Assembly (NCBI GenBank): GCA_965649825.1
Contig: OZ287708.1
Span: 267,411-331,410, forward strand
Length of the DNA: 64,000 bases
Direction of reading: 5' to 3'
Source of the DNA: Penicillus capitatus
Lineage: Eukaryota; Plantae; Chlorophyta
Shown: positions 60,101 through 64,000 of the stretch, in pieces
Position numbering within the stretch: the stretch's first letter is position 1
Layout: each line of letters opens with the position of its first letter
Translations under genes and position numbers: made by a program
The notes under the pieces: generated by a model
Told to the model about the DNA's origin: nothing
The model's database searches: none
The model's input: only the letters and a program-made list of their open reading frames with translations

Positions 60101-60163
60101 ACGCAAAGAGGTGGTCAGCCTCGCAAAGCGGAGTGGATCCGTCTCGTTAAAGAACGCTTGTGA
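57155..60163 (+). CDS. Guanylate-binding protein (GBP/GBPL), multi-exon with long coiled coil
   Basis: G1 GRAREGKS, PCTKGIWLW, G3 DTEG, RDCCMLVRP and AYVKAINEGAVP. Long helical C-terminus ending in MTIAELKDWL...RKAEWIRLV. Confidence 0.9.
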
Positions 60164-60320
60164 AAACGTGTATCAATGACGCAAGTGCGTCACTTTCTGT
60201 AAGAAATGCCGTGGTTAGGAGAGAGATAGATTTAAGTCTGCTTTCGTTTCTTACTAAGATCTGTCTACAGGAGCATCATTGCGTTTTGCATTGTGTGCTG
60301 CTGCATGTTCGTTTTGAATT

Positions 60321-63110
60321 TCACGTGTGAACTCTGGAAGAAGCTGCTGTGTGTGGCATGGCCTTTCCTTCGGGTGGTTTTGAAAACTGCTGATTCTGTA
60401 GGTACGTCTGCAGCCGACTGTACACGGCCTGCGCCTCCATGTTCTTGCTTGTCGCCAAGCCCACCAAAAATCGGCTGTGAATATAGAGCAGTACCTTGTA
60501 GAACTGCCTTTTGTACTTCCTGTACAAAGAATAGCCTGCCACCTGTACAAAACAGCCACTCAGATGATAACTGTCGTTAAGTGCTTGAAACGGCATACAC
60601 TGAGGAAGCTCATAAGGGCGGACGCTGTTATCCGTGTAGGCGGCAAGTTGTTAAGCATTCTTGAGAGATAGCTCCATCCGTATGCCAATCCATGAACTGT
60701 GCTATCCAACTAGAACAGGACTTGAAGAGTTGATGTGGTTTGAATGAGCATTACTTCGATAATGGCAGCATAGAATCGAATATAGCCAGACTGGCGCGCG
60801 ATGAATTCATCGGCTGTTTCTTTGCGCATATGCATTCCTGGGATATCTCGAAACCCAAGACTCTCCAGCAAGTTCTCATGAACAATCTCAGCAGAATAAT
60901 ACTTGGGAACAGTCAAAATACTCACCTACACCATCTGCCATCAACAACACTGTGGAACATTGCTTTCCTCTACTTCATGAAGGAATGAGAGGAGAATACT
61001 GAGCAACTGAGGGTGCCGTTGCATGACACCGACAGCCGTCTTGGCAACGGCAAAGACAAGAGTATCTGATATTCCAGCGCATTTGCTGACGAGATACTTC
61101 GCAAACTGTACATAAGCATAGGTCACTCCTGGCAGTCCTTCTACTTGTGATATGGTATGCAAAATGCTGTTGATCTTGGTATTAATCTGCAAGGCGGATA
61201 TAGGATCAACAGAAAGGAGGTAGTCACATCGCACCTGCGATTCTTGAGAAGATATCTGACTGACATCCAACTTCATATTCCGAGCAATGTCTTTGCAGAT
61301 CCGTTTATTGGCATCGATGTTAGCATAGTCTCCCATACTGTGCACCATCTGCTGAGCAATGCGTTTGTGATAGGCTTCGAACTCCATGGCCGTCCTCGCT
61401 GCATGCAATGCCACCTTTTCTTCTTCCTTGATGGGTTGGGAATCATCCACAGAGAACAGTGTCTCTGGAGGAGGACACGAACACGGAATCTCTAGCTTTA
61501 CTGACATCTCAAGCAACTCATTGGACGGCAATGCCTGAATAGGAGTCCATACAAAACCGTATACCCGACGGTCTTGTCACAGACATGAGTGCACCTCACG
61601 AGAAGCTGTTTGCTGCGGTTGCTCAGAGGTGGATGGCCCCTGTTGAACGACAGGAAGTTCTTGAGGATGCGCTGGTGGTGGCACAGGAACTTGCGGAAGC
61701 GTTGACTTTGTTGCTGCGACAGATGAAGACGCCACCGGTACAGTTGTCTCTTGAGTCGCTGGCTTTTCTGCCTCTCGGACACAGGATTCATCATCAGCGC
61801 TGGTGTTCCGTGACGGTTGGGGTGGATAGGAATGCGGTGGTGCAGTGTCCACAACAGACGTATCCACCTTCTGCATTCCATCCTCCAATCTCACTTCACC
61901 TTCGGGATGCTGAGGAGGGGATGACTGAACCGGAGGTGTCGTGACAGATGGGTCATCTGCATTCGGAGCCCCTTGACTTGAAGACTTGGCTTTTGTCTGC
62001 GCCGCTATCTCTGAACTCTGCCCCACGCCGGATTCTGCTGGCGGCAATGCTTGAATTGGAGATTTAGATGGAGGTACCGTCTCTTTAGCGGTATCCTTTG
62101 AAGATTTCTTCAAGTCCTCTCCTGACGCGGTCTCCTGAGGAGTCGCCAGCTTCGGAGCAGAAGCATCTGGATTGTGTGCTGCTGGCGGCGTTATCTGATC
62201 CGAATGTGGCACAGCTTCACTCGTTAGCTCTGATTTGCCCTTTGCGTCATCTTCCACCTTCCTGTCCATTTTCCCTCCATTCTCCTCTGGAACATCGCCG
62301 GAAGCGGTTTGTCTTTCTTCAGATCCTGGCGGAATGTCTTCCTCGTCTTCGGCATCGTCTGTCACTGTCGCCTCTTCAGAAACAGATGCAGTCGCCATCG
62401 AGCTTGTTGGTTCTGGTCTTGTTTTATTGTCAACTTCTTGCCTCCCTTGCGTAGCACGTTGCTTTTCGTCTGTGTATGTCAACATGGCCGTCATCTGAGC
62501 AACAACAGCATTTTTGTACCATAATGATATGATGGCGTGTGTCTACGGATCGGGTGAGATGCTCCTGTTCGATCTGCCACATGTTTTTGTTTCGCTTTGC
62601 CTCCAACGAAGACATCATAACGTCAAAATGCAATGATTTCTTCAGCATCTGCATAAAGGCATCCATACTTTAAACACCCTCGCACTCCACCATTCTCACA
62701 TTCTCTATCTTTTGGCAATGAAATACATAATCCTGATTGTTCTTCGGAATTGAGGGCTTCGAGAACGGCACATGTGTTGCCTTGTCCTCGTCATCGCCAT
62801 CTCCGAGAAAGAAATCAGATTCGCTTCGCGTGTCGGAATTCGTCGACGAAGCGTCGCTGCTGAACGGCGACTCCAACGCTGATGCATAAGCCGTCGTCGC
62901 CGTCTCGACACTGTAGACTGAGGCTTCTTCTGCTTCTTTCTCTGCCCATCTCTCGACGGAGCTATTGCACGAGTCCTCCGAATCCGCTACGCCCATCACG
63001 CCCATCACAGCCGATGCACCAAACGTACACACCTTACAAATATAAACCCCCAGGCCGAGACGCGAGGGTAGAACGAAAAGATCCACTTCTTCGCGCTCTC
63101 CTTCCATCAT
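60321..63110 (-). CDS. GLE1: mRNA export factor GLE1 (5' exons uncertain), with a long low-complexity middle region
   Basis: C-terminal GLE1-like motifs FAKYLVSKC, ILTVPKY, ESLGF, ARQSGYIRFYAAI, GYSLYRKYKRQFYKVL, SRLQTYL and PPEG. Confidence 0.8.
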
Positions 63111-63139
63111 TTTGAAAAATGCGTAAAGAATGATAGTGG

Positions 63140-63688
63140 CTAGAATCCATGATTCTCTTCTGTCCATTTATCGCCCATTAAGGGCTCAGGAGTGGCGGAC
63201 AATGTCCCCGATGCGCCCTTCCATTCGGTGACTCCCAGTGAATATCCCCAATCACTTTGGGTTTCGATCACGACGTCGCTTGTCGGCCGTGCCATACACA
63301 GTAATGCCATGCCGTCTTCGATCTCGTCCTCACTCAATGTAAATGTGAGATCAGGAATGTCGCTCATATCAACAGTGCCTTTAACGATGCGTCCCACACA
63401 TGCGCCGCAAATGCCTCCTCGACATGTACAGGGCAGATCCAGTCCTTGCTCTTCAGCCTGGATCAGAATATACTCGTCGCCCGTCATGCGGCACTCCGTC
63501 TGTTGGCCATTTTTTCCGAGAAATGTTGCTGTGAAGTGTTTGGCCTTCGATGCGTCGGATGGAGGCTTAGGAAGTGCGACTTTGTCGCGACAGAACTCCG
63601 TTTCTTCTGTTCCAGCTCGAAAACGAGACGGCTTGCGTGATCGGTAGATCGCCAGTCGGTGAGTGAAAGGCCGTGTCAGGGAGGCCAT
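63140..63688 (-). CDS. Plastid-type [2Fe-2S] ferredoxin with C-terminal extension (resembles algal FDX3 type)
   Basis: Cys pattern CTCRGGICGAC...ALLCMARP, a transit-peptide-like N-terminus and the SDWGYSLG extension. Confidence 0.9.
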   Translation of the reverse strand: MASLTRPFTHRLAIYRSRKPSRFRAGTEETEFCRDKVALPKPPSDASKAKHFTATFLGKNGQQTECRMTGDEYILIQAEEQGLDLPCTCRGGICGACVGRIVKGTVDMSDIPDLTFTLSEDEIEDGMALLCMARPTSDVVIETQSDWGYSLGVTEWKGASGTLSATPEPLMGDKWTEENHGF

Positions 63689-64000
63689 TGCGCAGGTAAG
63701 GGGTGAACAGACGAGAGCACTCTTTTGTCGACTGTTCTATCGTCTGATGGGATTGGGTCACGTCGTGACTTGTACATACCATCGAAACCCACTCGAAAGC
63801 GCGTCATGTCGTATCCGATGCTGCGTCTCGGCGTTGCGTCTCTCCCGACGCGGCCTCCGTTAGCTCGCCGCAGTCGACGAAGGAAACGGCGATGCGTCAA
63901 AATTCGTGCGGCGATCGAAACCGCATCGACTCCGTGGACGGCCCAACGATTGAAACATGTCGTCGAGGCGCAGCAGTTTTGCAAGTCGTCGCTCAAGACG

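Overview
Eukaryotic nuclear DNA. It is probably a green alga: plastid-type ferredoxin, a transit-peptide-like extension on transaldolase, a compact genome with ~48-60 nt GT-AG introns, and the standard code. The window has two parts. (1) 1-24.4 kb holds three direct copies of a ~7 kb module (R1 <1-~1560, cut by the window edge; R2 ~4626-11760; R3 ~16557-23490). A full module has an AT-rich block, ~3 kb of GC-rich minisatellites built largely from short stem-loops, and a 3-exon TATA-preceded gene for a Pro-rich protein I do not recognise. The first intron of that gene is mostly a ~100-115 nt hairpin showing 7 compensatory base-pair changes between R2 and R3. Between the modules lie broken fragments of housekeeping genes (mitochondrial Hsp70, COG4), an apparently frameshifted SAMHD1-like gene and an intact NDUFA6. 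(2) 24.6-64 kb is densely packed with housekeeping genes: LIAS, TOS1-like hydrolase, Zn-finger protein, TELO2, PSMB3, NCBP1, TXNDC9, VPS26, senescence-domain protein, transaldolase, MCTS1, V-ATPase d, LYRM1, GBP, GLE1 and ferredoxin. It also contains a ~5 kb inverted duplication (33.7-38.7 kb vs 52.0-56.7 kb). That duplication keeps two intact, diverging copies of an unknown secreted protein, while the second NCBP1 copy has decayed and carries a 167/166-bp higher-order tandem repeat. All assignments come from motif recall and manual alignment; no searches were run.
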